A DNA stretch of 64,000 nucleotides from Meyerozyma guilliermondii (taxonomy: Eukaryota): the NCBI GenBank assembly GCA_051546255.1, contig CP128820.1, forward strand, positions 1 through 64,000. The letters are read 5' to 3'. Position numbers and translations under genes: made by a program. Below are positions 20,871 to 30,158 of the stretch, one piece after another; within the stretch, counting starts at the first letter, position 1; each line of letters begins with the position of its first letter. Under the pieces are notes generated by a model. It was given only the letters and a program-made list of their open reading frames with translations, made no database searches and had not been told where the DNA came from.

Positions 20871-20957
20871 CTTATCAGTTGCCCATTTGGGTGCGAATTT
20901 TTCCGTTAGATCTGGTGCGGCGCGATAAGAAAATATCTGTCAATGCGAAAAGATCCG
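20871..20957. promoter_or_regulatory. Divergent racemase/transcription-factor promoter with two TGCGA-N6-CCG sites (20894, 20946) and GATA sites (20871, 20924)
   Basis: tgcgaatttttccg and tgcgaaaagatccg match tgcgaatgtttccg at 13661. Confidence 0.55.
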
Positions 20958-21038
20958 CATTTATCGTTCTTCAAGATTGGTCTAAACCAGCTCCTATAGG
21001 TTCTCGAAGGTCTAGAAGGCACCAGAAGTGAGATCCGT

Positions 21039-23252
21039 ATGACTTACAACCAACTAAAGTTTAGAGTGGAATTACCCGAGGGTGAAGGTTTCCACCAAAT
21101 CGACCAAAATCCTCACAAAGACAATAGTACTCGATCCGGTATCTCCAAAAAGCGGTCGGGAGGAAAGCACCAGATGGCTGCTTGCTCAGCTTGCAAGAAA
21201 AAAAGAAAAAAATGTGACGGAAAGTATCCGGTTTGCAGCGGTTGCGACAACTCCGGAACGGAATGTACGATTTACGATATCACCACCAGTCGTATAATTC
21301 CCAGAAACTACATCGAGACTCTCGAGGGAAAGCTAGCTGAGCTAGCTGATAAGCTCCAGCATTCAAAGGCGACAATTGAGAAATTGGAAGGACTTTTACA
21401 ACACAATGAAATTTCTGAAGGTTCTCCACAGTCCTGTGAGCTCCCTATGCCTCCGACATTGATCCACAAGAACCAAGACTACAACCAACATAATCAAAAA
21501 TACAAAAACTTGGAGTCAGAAATAGGGTATATTACCCTTGGTGTTGGGGCTGAATCGAGATTTATGGGTGATACTAGTGCCTTTTCCATTGCTAAAGCTA
21601 TTACAAATTCCATTGATTACTACAAGAAAGAAAGCCGAACCGCAAGTCTGTTCACATTCAACGGTATATCTACTCCTCCAGAACCAGAAGAATTTGAGCC
21701 TCCATTTACCAAGCCATCTTTCAAAGCAGCCCAGCTATTCTTGAGCAGCTATAAAGTAATAGTGCAATGCCAGTATCCTTTCTTGGAATGGAAGTGGGTT
21801 GAAAAGTGCTTTCAAAGAGTTATGGAAAATGACTCAGAAGACCCAGAAGAGATGTTTTTCATCTACATGATCTTTGCTATCGGAGCCCAATTGTCCTCGA
21901 ACAACAGCCGGTTCTCAACCCTAGCATATGTCAAGGTCTACTATAACAAAGCGATGGAGTTTATTGGGCCAATAATCGAGGTGAATACCATCAGAACCGT
22001 CCAAGCATATTTAATGATATCGGCATTTTCACAAAAAATGCCCGATGGTTCTTCCATATGGCAATCCACTGGTTTGGCGATTCGAACCGCCGTGGCTTTG
22101 GGGCTCCATAGACAGCCCTACCGTAATAAGGAGGACCAAAAGTTGGCCGAAGAAGCTAGAGCAAATCTCCAATTACGCTACAGAATCTTCTGGTGTGCCT
22201 ATGGTATGGAAAGAATCAATGGCATTGTATTGGGAAGACCGTTTGGAATTTCTGACGTTGATATTGATGCGTTGATGCCGACGGAAAGTCCAGAAATAGC
22301 AGTAGCTTGTCATGTTTTCAAACTACGAAGAATCCAGTCGAGTATCTGCACCTTTGTCTACAAGCCAGTGGCTATCATGGATTCTTTCGAAGAGATAGAC
22401 ACCACCAGGGTCCAAATTGTGCTCGAATTGAACGAGTGGATGACAACTTTTCCAGCAAAAGCTCAGCCTATTTCCATCTTTGAAACGAATAACTGGTCGC
22501 AGATTTCGTACCACAACTCCATGGTGCTTCTTTTGCGGCCGGTAGTGCTCGAAGTCTCCAAACTAAGAGAACACTCTAATCCAAGGTTACTAGAATGGTT
22601 CAAGGTGTTCACACAATCTGCCTCTGCCATTTGTATGAACTATAAGGATCTCCACTCCAAGGGAAAACTTGGATATACCTGGCTAGCAATGCACTGTGTT
22701 TTCGTTGCTGGATTATCTTTTTTATATTGTTTGTGGATTGACACCACTGTGAAGGTTTTGGAGTGGAAAAGAAGACGACTAATTTACGACACAGTTTCGG
22801 CGTGTTCCAGTTCACTTTATGTTCTCGCTGAACGTTTTCCTACTGCTTCGGTGTTCCGAGACACTTATGAAAGAATTGCCAATACAGTCTTGACCAAAGT
22901 GGAGGATGCAAAAAAAGATACACCCGTCAAGTCCACGGCTCAGGGTGACTTTACAATGGGGGTTTTGGACGAGGGAAGCATTGGCATCGATCAGTATCTA
23001 GGCTATGAAGCAGATTTGAAAGCACAGCTCCAGAGTGATGCTTCCATGACAAACACACAAAGAGTCACTAATTCAAAGAGTCCAATGAGCTCGGATTTTG
23101 TGTATGGAATTGGAGACGGAAAGTATAATTATAACGGCGACGGTTCCATGTGGGAGTTTTTGGATAACACTGGAGACAAGTTTCTTCGGGATATCTACTA
23201 TGACATGGAGAATAACTTTGCTGAAGACAGACATGAACGCGAGGCAGGCTAA
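21039..23252 (+). CDS. Zn2Cys6 fungal transcription factor, Ppr1-like, with fungal-specific TF middle homology region
   Basis: CSACKKKRKKCDGKYPVCSGCDNSGTEC, IIPRNYIETLE linker, AVALGLHR and RIFWCAY..ER...LGRPFGISDVDID. Confidence 0.92.
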   Translation: MTYNQLKFRVELPEGEGFHQIDQNPHKDNSTRSGISKKRSGGKHQMAACSACKKKRKKCDGKYPVCSGCDNSGTECTIYDITTSRIIPRNYIETLEGKLAELADKLQHSKATIEKLEGLLQHNEISEGSPQSCELPMPPTLIHKNQDYNQHNQKYKNLESEIGYITLGVGAESRFMGDTSAFSIAKAITNSIDYYKKESRTASLFTFNGISTPPEPEEFEPPFTKPSFKAAQLFLSSYKVIVQCQYPFLEWKWVEKCFQRVMENDSEDPEEMFFIYMIFAIGAQLSSNNSRFSTLAYVKVYYNKAMEFIGPIIEVNTIRTVQAYLMISAFSQKMPDGSSIWQSTGLAIRTAVALGLHRQPYRNKEDQKLAEEARANLQLRYRIFWCAYGMERINGIVLGRPFGISDVDIDALMPTESPEIAVACHVFKLRRIQSSICTFVYKPVAIMDSFEEIDTTRVQIVLELNEWMTTFPAKAQPISIFETNNWSQISYHNSMVLLLRPVVLEVSKLREHSNPRLLEWFKVFTQSASAICMNYKDLHSKGKLGYTWLAMHCVFVAGLSFLYCLWIDTTVKVLEWKRRRLIYDTVSACSSSLYVLAERFPTASVFRDTYERIANTVLTKVEDAKKDTPVKSTAQGDFTMGVLDEGSIGIDQYLGYEADLKAQLQSDASMTNTQRVTNSKSPMSSDFVYGIGDGKYNYNGDGSMWEFLDNTGDKFLRDIYYDMENNFAEDRHEREAG

Positions 23253-23279
23253 TGGAAATGATGTGGAATATGAATCAAA

Positions 23280-24077
23280 TCATTCCTGCTCCTTGACCTT
23301 CTCGCAAACTATTTCTCCATGAACCATGATCATGACTGCCTCTTTATTTTTACACCAATCACTCCATGCCTTTCTGATGTCATCCTTGGTATATTTAGTA
23401 CCCTCACCAGCCTTGTCCAAACGAGCCTCATACAATTTTCGAAACCATTCCCGATCTTCATCAGTCGATATACTCCAAACCGAACTAGAAAACGAAATTT
23501 TCGATTTTTCAAAACCAGCCTTTAATGCATGGCTCTTAAGCTTTCTACCACCGTCTGTGACTGTAGCAGGGCCTGTTACCAAGTCGGTAAAAAAGTATTT
23601 GAGAGGCTCTTCCAAATTTTCAGGATAGATCAGAATACTTCTCAAGTCAGCATCTTTACAGCAAACGATACCCCCAGGCTTGACAACACGGCGCATCTCA
23701 ACGAGTGCCCTTACATGGTCTTGCAAGTGGAGCAAAACCTGGTGAGCAAATACAATATCAAAGGTATTATCTTCGAATGGAAGTGAGGTTGCGGAACCAA
23801 TTTTATACTCGACGTTTCCAAGCTGTTTTTGCTTTGCTTGCTCTCGGCCCAATTTTACCAAATCCTCTATAGTATCAATGCCATATACCTTGCCATTGGG
23901 CACTTTTTTGGCCAAATCATTGGTAATGGTTCCGGGACCGCAACCGACATCAAGAATCGAGTGGTTTGCATTGATAAACTTGATCATAAAAGCCATGCTA
24001 TTTTCGACATTTCTCCAACTATGGGTGTCGGATACTTCCTTTTGTAAACCTTTTTTATAGTATACGTTGTCTTGCAT
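23280..24077 (-). CDS. Class I SAM-dependent methyltransferase (UbiE/COQ5-like)
   Basis: HSWRNVENS, ILDVGCGPGTIT, LPFEDNTFDIVFAHQVL, EMRRVVKPGG. Confidence 0.9.
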   Translation of the reverse strand: MQDNVYYKKGLQKEVSDTHSWRNVENSMAFMIKFINANHSILDVGCGPGTITNDLAKKVPNGKVYGIDTIEDLVKLGREQAKQKQLGNVEYKIGSATSLPFEDNTFDIVFAHQVLLHLQDHVRALVEMRRVVKPGGIVCCKDADLRSILIYPENLEEPLKYFFTDLVTGPATVTDGGRKLKSHALKAGFEKSKISFSSSVWSISTDEDREWFRKLYEARLDKAGEGTKYTKDDIRKAWSDWCKNKEAVMIMVHGEIVCEKVKEQE

Positions 24078-24816
24078 TACACTGAACAATTGTTCTAATC
24101 GATTGGAGGTAATATCGTATCGGTTTTATGCACTCCTGTCGGATTTCCTCATTCGGACAGGTTGCAACCGTCGCTAACACTTTCAAGAAATTCCGATGAT
24201 GGGGTCTGGGAAGTAGTGTTTTTACTACGACAGAATACATGACACTCGCCAAATCATTTTGAGTGCCGTTAGAAAGGCTCATGATCCGAACTGAGAATTT
24301 CGCTTAGTGCAGCGAATTTTTGACCAGGTCATCTTTGATCTTTGACCAGATTTGAGCTTGGTTCGAATCCCCAGATGGCTTCAACTGATATTGAAGTACG
24401 GTAGGATTACGGTTTTCGATTATCCAATCTCGGTGAATTGTGAAAATTAACATAATTGTACTCCGGTCAGTTCGCATTACTGTACATTGAAGGTAGACAG
24501 ATGCTTCAACCACGAAAAATAAATGTGAATCTTCAGCTGAAAACATACAAGTGGCGATAGTGTCGCCTCCAGATATTGCTATTCCACCTTCCTCATCCAT
24601 TGCTCTCCAGTGTGATCTTTGAAATAATTGAATCTTCTCTCATTTGCAGCCATTAAGAGCGCCTAAAACGAAATCGTAAACTGACTTTCTCAATATTATA
24701 GCTACATTTGACATTTGCTCAAAGTCTAGCCATAATTGTACCATCTAATATCTGCGCCAAACCTTCCTGAGATAATTTCACCAGCCGAAGTCCGTCCCAA
24801 TCTCCGACCAATCTCA

Positions 24817-24864
24817 GCCACAGTATCCTCGTCATCGCACGATGATTTGAGTGTGGCTATATAA
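24817..24864. promoter_or_regulatory. Two Met31/Met32-like TGTGGC cores and a TATA box upstream of the sulfatase
   Basis: gccacagt at 24817 (ACTGTGGC on the minus strand), agtgtggc at 24850, tatataa at 24858. Confidence 0.45.
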
Positions 24865-24888
24865 CTCACACTAACTTCAAAATAGTCA

Positions 24889-26421
24889 ATGACTTCTCGC
24901 TATGACAAGAGACCCAATTTCATCGTCTACATGCCCGACCAATTGAGGTACGATTGTGTTGGTGCATTTGGAAATACCACCATAAAAACTCCGAACATTG
25001 ACCGGTTGGCGCTGAATGGTGTAAAGTTTACCAATTGCTATCTTCAGCACTCAGTCTGCTCACAAAGCAGAGCATCTATAGTCACCGGCAAGTATCCTCA
25101 TGAAACCGGGCACCGAGGACTTACCACTTACCTTCGGCTGTGGGAAGATAATTTTTTCAAGACGTTGAAAGAGAACGATTACCATGTTGTCAGTGTAGGA
25201 AAAAGAGGAGATATTTTTGCAGAGGGTGCTTCGGAGGAAAGCTTGAATGAGTACGGGTTCATAGTAGAGCCAGAAGCCAGTCTTTTTGAAGATATGAGGG
25301 AAAAACTCACCAGATTTCGTCAAGATTATCTTGACAAGAAATCCCCCACAGACTGGAGTCGTTTATATTATACTGGCTCCAGAGATCCAATTGCGGATTT
25401 TGACGAAGCTGTAATTCAAAGTGCAGAGAAATGGCTCGATGGTGTAAATGGTGGTTCAATTTCCACCGGTGGTAAACCATGGATACTTTTTCTCCCGTTA
25501 TTTTTTCCCCATTGTCCTTTTGGAGTCGAAGATCCGTATTTCTCGATGTACGACCGCTCAGCAGTTCCCAGCCCGCTTAGCACTGATTCTAAAACAGGAC
25601 ACGAACCTGCTTATATGAAGCGTTTGAGAGAGAAACATGGACTCAATGATACCCCGCTAGAAGTTTGGCACGAAATAGTAGCAACCTACTACGGTATGAT
25701 CTCTCGAATTGATGATCAACTAGGCCGTATAATTTCCAAAGTTGAAGAATCAGGCTTGCAAAAGTCAACCTTGACGATATTCTGCACCGACCATGGTGAG
25801 TACTTGGGAGACCATGGGTTGATAGAAAAGTGGCCCAGCGGTGTTTCTGAGCAGCTTGTACACGAGCCCTTAATTGTGAGTGGCTTAAACTTGCCAAAAG
25901 GGAAAGCGGTAGACTCACTTTGTGAAATGGTGGATCTAGCTCCAACATTATTTGAATTTGCCCAGTTGGGAGAAGCTCCATTTGCACACAATGGTAAATC
26001 TTTGGTTCCTTTACTCTATGGTGAAACAAACACACACAAAGACTACGTCTATTCGGAAGGAGGCTTCTTGAAAGGAGAGGATGCAATTATTGAAATTGCA
26101 CCTTTTCCTTATGATCTCAAATCGGGATTGCAGCATGAGGATATTGTCACTGTTGGTCGAGTAATTGCCATCAGAAGTAAGGAGTATACTTTTGTCTACA
26201 GACTTTATGAAAAGAACGAGTTGTATTCAAGGGTTGCTGACCTTGCTGAAGCTCACAATTTGATCGATGACCCAAAATATGCCAATATCATTCAACAGTT
26301 GGAGAGTCAATTGTTACGTTGGATGGTGGAGTCCAGTGGTCTTCCTCCAAAACTGGGGCCACGGCACGTAGAGGTGAAATTGCCAAAGCCTGGAAGTACA
26401 ACTTTTGAAAGTTCACCATAG
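24889..26421 (+). CDS. Formylglycine-type sulfatase (choline-sulfatase-like S1 family), no signal peptide
   Basis: RPNFIVYMPDQLR, TPNIDRLA, VCSQSRASIVTGKYP, PHCPF, TDHGEYLGDHGLIEK and VDLAPTL. Confidence 0.9.
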   Translation: MTSRYDKRPNFIVYMPDQLRYDCVGAFGNTTIKTPNIDRLALNGVKFTNCYLQHSVCSQSRASIVTGKYPHETGHRGLTTYLRLWEDNFFKTLKENDYHVVSVGKRGDIFAEGASEESLNEYGFIVEPEASLFEDMREKLTRFRQDYLDKKSPTDWSRLYYTGSRDPIADFDEAVIQSAEKWLDGVNGGSISTGGKPWILFLPLFFPHCPFGVEDPYFSMYDRSAVPSPLSTDSKTGHEPAYMKRLREKHGLNDTPLEVWHEIVATYYGMISRIDDQLGRIISKVEESGLQKSTLTIFCTDHGEYLGDHGLIEKWPSGVSEQLVHEPLIVSGLNLPKGKAVDSLCEMVDLAPTLFEFAQLGEAPFAHNGKSLVPLLYGETNTHKDYVYSEGGFLKGEDAIIEIAPFPYDLKSGLQHEDIVTVGRVIAIRSKEYTFVYRLYEKNELYSRVADLAEAHNLIDDPKYANIIQQLESQLLRWMVESSGLPPKLGPRHVEVKLPKPGSTTFESSP

Positions 26422-26968
26422 AATATATGAAAGTGCTTTGTGAGATCATTTTATCGTTCATGCATTTTGACACCTGCAAGTGAACCTTCTTGCATGAACA
26501 CGCAGTGAACGATTTGCAGCCAATGAGATCATTACAACGAAGCTTTACATCAAGCAGCAAGTTAAAGCCTTGACTTGTTTATTGACATATAGAGCGTGAA
26601 AAATATGGAAAGCATCACCATCACAAAATCGTTTACCCTAATTTCTTGCTCCCACTTTTTCGATAAAAGATCCTCACCTTATTTCACAAAATGTATAGAT
26701 GAAACAAACCCAAAAGTCGCAAAAAGGACGTTCTAGCACTTCAAATTGTTGATAAGAGTCTGGCTTTCCTTTTACTTATTTTCTTCTTGAAACATCTTTT
26801 AGGCTTCAAATGTGAAAATGCAAGATTTTGTAACATCAAAAAGATACTGAAAAAAGACAAACATGCATTTACTGGACATTTTCTAGCTAACTTTTAAAGA
26901 GACTATACTCTCAATCTTGTGGTCAGCTTCATTTTACTTTTGAATCTCAATACTTTTGCAATTCCTTC

Positions 26969-29086
26969 TCACGCACCCCCAACTCCAGCAATGTACGCAA
27001 GAGACCAGGTTCGAGACATGCCATTATCCATCAACTCCAACCGCCAGTCGTTTCCAGCAAACCAGCTCCATGCCCGCCTGGGGTCAATTATAGCCAGGTT
27101 CAACATTAAAAGACCCTTCCATCCATCGGGAATCCGGTCGATAATATGAGCTATTTTAAGGTCCCATTCTTCTTGCACAAACTTCTTATTCCGCATGTAG
27201 GAAGACATTGGAGTTATGGGGATCATATGAATTCCATGGATCCATTCGTCACCAATGGTACCACGACCAAAATATGTAGCGTAGTCGATCTTGTTTTCAA
27301 ACAATATTCCTGAAACCTTGTTTTTGATTATACGCTTGGGCTGTATTTTGTTGTCGTCTGCGAACAACATGTACATATTAATTGCCCGGCGCATCACTGC
27401 AAGCATCAAGTTTGCACACTGCTCGTACAGCTTGTCTTCGATAATTTGAGCGTACAATTTTAAGGCATAGACAGAATGATAGTCTTCCGAAGAAGACTCT
27501 TCATCCTTTCCATCTCCTGAAGCAAAGATTCCATGCGCAAAAGAATGACCATGAAACCAGTCAAACGACCGAAATTGGGGAAACTTACCGTCGGCAACAG
27601 GATTAGCAAAATCTTTAACCAAGGCTGTGACATAATTGAGCACTAGTCCATCCTTTTCGTGGAGCCATTGTTTGTCGATTTTAGCTATCAATGCAATGGC
27701 ATGGACATGATACCCGTAATGGAAATGATGGTCATTGTAGTTGGCGTTACCAAAGTCGGCTGCTGGGTCAGCGGTAGACCGAATACCTTTCCAAGTTTTG
27801 TCATAAGTCAATGGATTTTTCTGTGAATTGGTAGCAAAAATTTCTACCGCCTTCTTCACCTTTGGTAGCACCTCATTGGTAAGGCTTTCATCTTTTAGTA
27901 TGAAATGGCACACATAGGCAATGTATGCGTATTTATCAAGAATCTTGCCTGAAGTGTACATGGAGTCGATGTTTGCCATACCGACTACATCATCCTTGCA
28001 CTCTTGTGTAGCGGCCATTTTGATAGCCTGGAGCGCTTCAGATGAGTAATGGGCACCTGGGGACTCCCAGTTGATATTCTGAGGAAGTTCAGTCTCTTCC
28101 ATCACCAATTCGTTAGTGGCATATGCTCTCATCACACCCTTAGTTGTCGAGTCCAACTCCAATTTTGTGAACAGTTTGGCGGTGTCTCCACTAAGAACTT
28201 GCTGGTGATGTGGCAAGCACCAGACAATTCCCACACCAGGTTTGTTCATTTTGTAGGAAAATCGATATTGGTTTCCATTGAAGGAAAGTTCACAACTAGT
28301 TGGCCAATTACCTGCGCTTTCGTCATAATATTTCGAATCACCTCGGCAGATTTGAACCACAGCTCCGGTTTTTCTGCCCACAATATGATTTGGATCAGCA
28401 AGACCAAGTTCCAGATCGTCACTGTAAACCAGCCAAGTTACCTGGTTGAACAAGACCACTCTATACTTGGTAAAAGTGCCGGAAGACGACTTAACTTTCT
28501 CGAATTTCTGTACCCCGACCTGTGACGCCACCACAGGAGCAATACTCTCATAAACTGCTGTAATAAATCCCATTCCCTGAACAAGGGGAACGGTTATCTT
28601 TCCAGATGAGCCCACAATCTCGGCAGTAACCGACATCTTTTTATGATTCCTGAGGTCAATTCTAGCAGATTCAAATCCACGACCCGTGAATACAAACGAT
28701 TTGATCTTGGGTGGGTTGAAATAAAACTGCACCGGGTCAGAATCGGGGTCTGGTCCGTATACCTGTTGCGCGGCTTCGGTGTGGTTCAATGCCAAGCCCA
28801 CGTCTTGTCCGGGATCTTTCGTCATCCATAGCGAATAGGGAAGCGTCCAAACAGGAAAAGTTTGGTCTTCCAAAGTTAAGTTGTTGTAGAAATTGTTGGT
28901 TTGTATTGGTTCGTCGTCGTTGCAGCCGACTGGAAGTTGAGGATGAGTCGACGTAGGAAACGGAATTGGAAGATCAGGTAAGCCTGAGGCTACGTGAGCC
29001 GGGAGCGGCATCTGTTTTCTGGCGTAGGCTGGCTCGCCATCCTTTTTTTTGAGGTGATTCTTTTTAAGGTTCGTAAAGAGGCCCAT
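26969..29086 (-). CDS. ACF2: Intracellular endo-1,3-beta-glucanase, GH81
   Basis: PIQTNNFY, PLVQGMGFITA, DFGNANYNDHHFHYGY and GKDEESSSED; lack of a signal peptide favours ACF2/ENG2 over ENG1. Confidence 0.85.
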   Translation of the reverse strand: MGLFTNLKKNHLKKKDGEPAYARKQMPLPAHVASGLPDLPIPFPTSTHPQLPVGCNDDEPIQTNNFYNNLTLEDQTFPVWTLPYSLWMTKDPGQDVGLALNHTEAAQQVYGPDPDSDPVQFYFNPPKIKSFVFTGRGFESARIDLRNHKKMSVTAEIVGSSGKITVPLVQGMGFITAVYESIAPVVASQVGVQKFEKVKSSSGTFTKYRVVLFNQVTWLVYSDDLELGLADPNHIVGRKTGAVVQICRGDSKYYDESAGNWPTSCELSFNGNQYRFSYKMNKPGVGIVWCLPHHQQVLSGDTAKLFTKLELDSTTKGVMRAYATNELVMEETELPQNINWESPGAHYSSEALQAIKMAATQECKDDVVGMANIDSMYTSGKILDKYAYIAYVCHFILKDESLTNEVLPKVKKAVEIFATNSQKNPLTYDKTWKGIRSTADPAADFGNANYNDHHFHYGYHVHAIALIAKIDKQWLHEKDGLVLNYVTALVKDFANPVADGKFPQFRSFDWFHGHSFAHGIFASGDGKDEESSSEDYHSVYALKLYAQIIEDKLYEQCANLMLAVMRRAINMYMLFADDNKIQPKRIIKNKVSGILFENKIDYATYFGRGTIGDEWIHGIHMIPITPMSSYMRNKKFVQEEWDLKIAHIIDRIPDGWKGLLMLNLAIIDPRRAWSWFAGNDWRLELMDNGMSRTWSLAYIAGVGGA

Positions 29087-29288
29087 ACGAGAGATGAAAT
29101 TCGCAGCAAGTTGAATTGGGGGAGGAGCCTACAGGCAGGAACGAGAGAGCCTAACCACTGGGAGTAGGCCATGAGTAGACCATATACCATGGGACATAGG
29201 TATAACACCATAGCTTTATTTCACTGCATCTACAAGCTGCGCTTGTAGCTGAGCTCGCTACGCTCGCTGGTTATCAATATTCATGCAT

Positions 29289-29948
29289 CTATAAAACTAA
29301 CAATAATCCCGCAGCCATCGCACCGGCAACTCCGATGTTAAGAGAGTTCATGCTGACTCCATTGCCGGCCAGGGTCGAGCCCGAGCTTCCATTAGTGCCG
29401 TTGCCAGCAGTGCCGTTGACGGCAGTACCGTTAATTTTACCTTCCTTGAAGAGTCCGTAAGCTTTTTCGGAAGAATCGGTAACAAACTTGGTCACAGTGA
29501 CAGGACTCTTGGTCTTGTCGAAACGTCCCCATTTGTGGGTACCAGAGCTGGTTGGCTCAGACGAGGGCTTCGTCTTGTCAAAACGTCCCCACTTGTGGGT
29601 TCCAGAAGTGGTTGGTTCCGAAGATGGCTGGGTCTTGTCGAAACGTCCCCACTTGTGAGTTCCTGAACTAGTAGGCTCTGAAGATGGCTTGGTCTTATCA
29701 AAGCGTCCCCACTTGTGAGTGCCCGAGCTGGTGGGCTCGGAAGAAGGCTTGGTCTTGTCGAAACGTCCCCATTTGTGAGTTCCTGACGAAGTGGAAGTCG
29801 AGGCTGGTTTTGTTTTGTCAAAACGGCCCCATTTATGAGTGTCAGTTTCTCCATAGAAAGTTGTAGTAACAGTTACTGGTTCTTCGTCCGCAGCGGAGAC
29901 CACGGCAGCAGCCAGAACCAATCCAAGAGCTACAGTTGATACCTTCAT
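29289..29948 (-). CDS. Small GPI-anchored cell-surface protein with six THKWGRFDKT repeats
   Basis: Signal peptide MKVSTVALGLVLAAAVVSA, 60-bp tandem repeats, NGT/NGS glycosylation sequons, hydrophobic C-terminal GPI-like signal. Confidence 0.85.
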   Translation of the reverse strand: MKVSTVALGLVLAAAVVSAADEEPVTVTTTFYGETDTHKWGRFDKTKPASTSTSSGTHKWGRFDKTKPSSEPTSSGTHKWGRFDKTKPSSEPTSSGTHKWGRFDKTQPSSEPTTSGTHKWGRFDKTKPSSEPTSSGTHKWGRFDKTKSPVTVTKFVTDSSEKAYGLFKEGKINGTAVNGTAGNGTNGSSGSTLAGNGVSMNSLNIGVAGAMAAGLLLVL

Positions 29949-30158
29949 GTTTGTAGAGAAACAAAAGATTATCGCGGGATTTTTTTTTTTGGCTGTAGCC
30001 GACAGGACGGCTCCTGCATGCGGAACGGCCGGCTTACTATGGTCCAAATTGGTTGCCCGATTGGGCCGGCGGTGCGACGAATGTGAGAAAAAAGAAAATA
30101 AACCGATGGAAAGAATAAAAACGTCGTGTATTATGCAGTATCATCAATAAGTCGTACT

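Noticed and set aside
24304..24600. 98-aa minus-strand ORF between the methyltransferase and the sulfatase
   Set aside because: No recognisable motifs in the frames inspected; probably intergenic.
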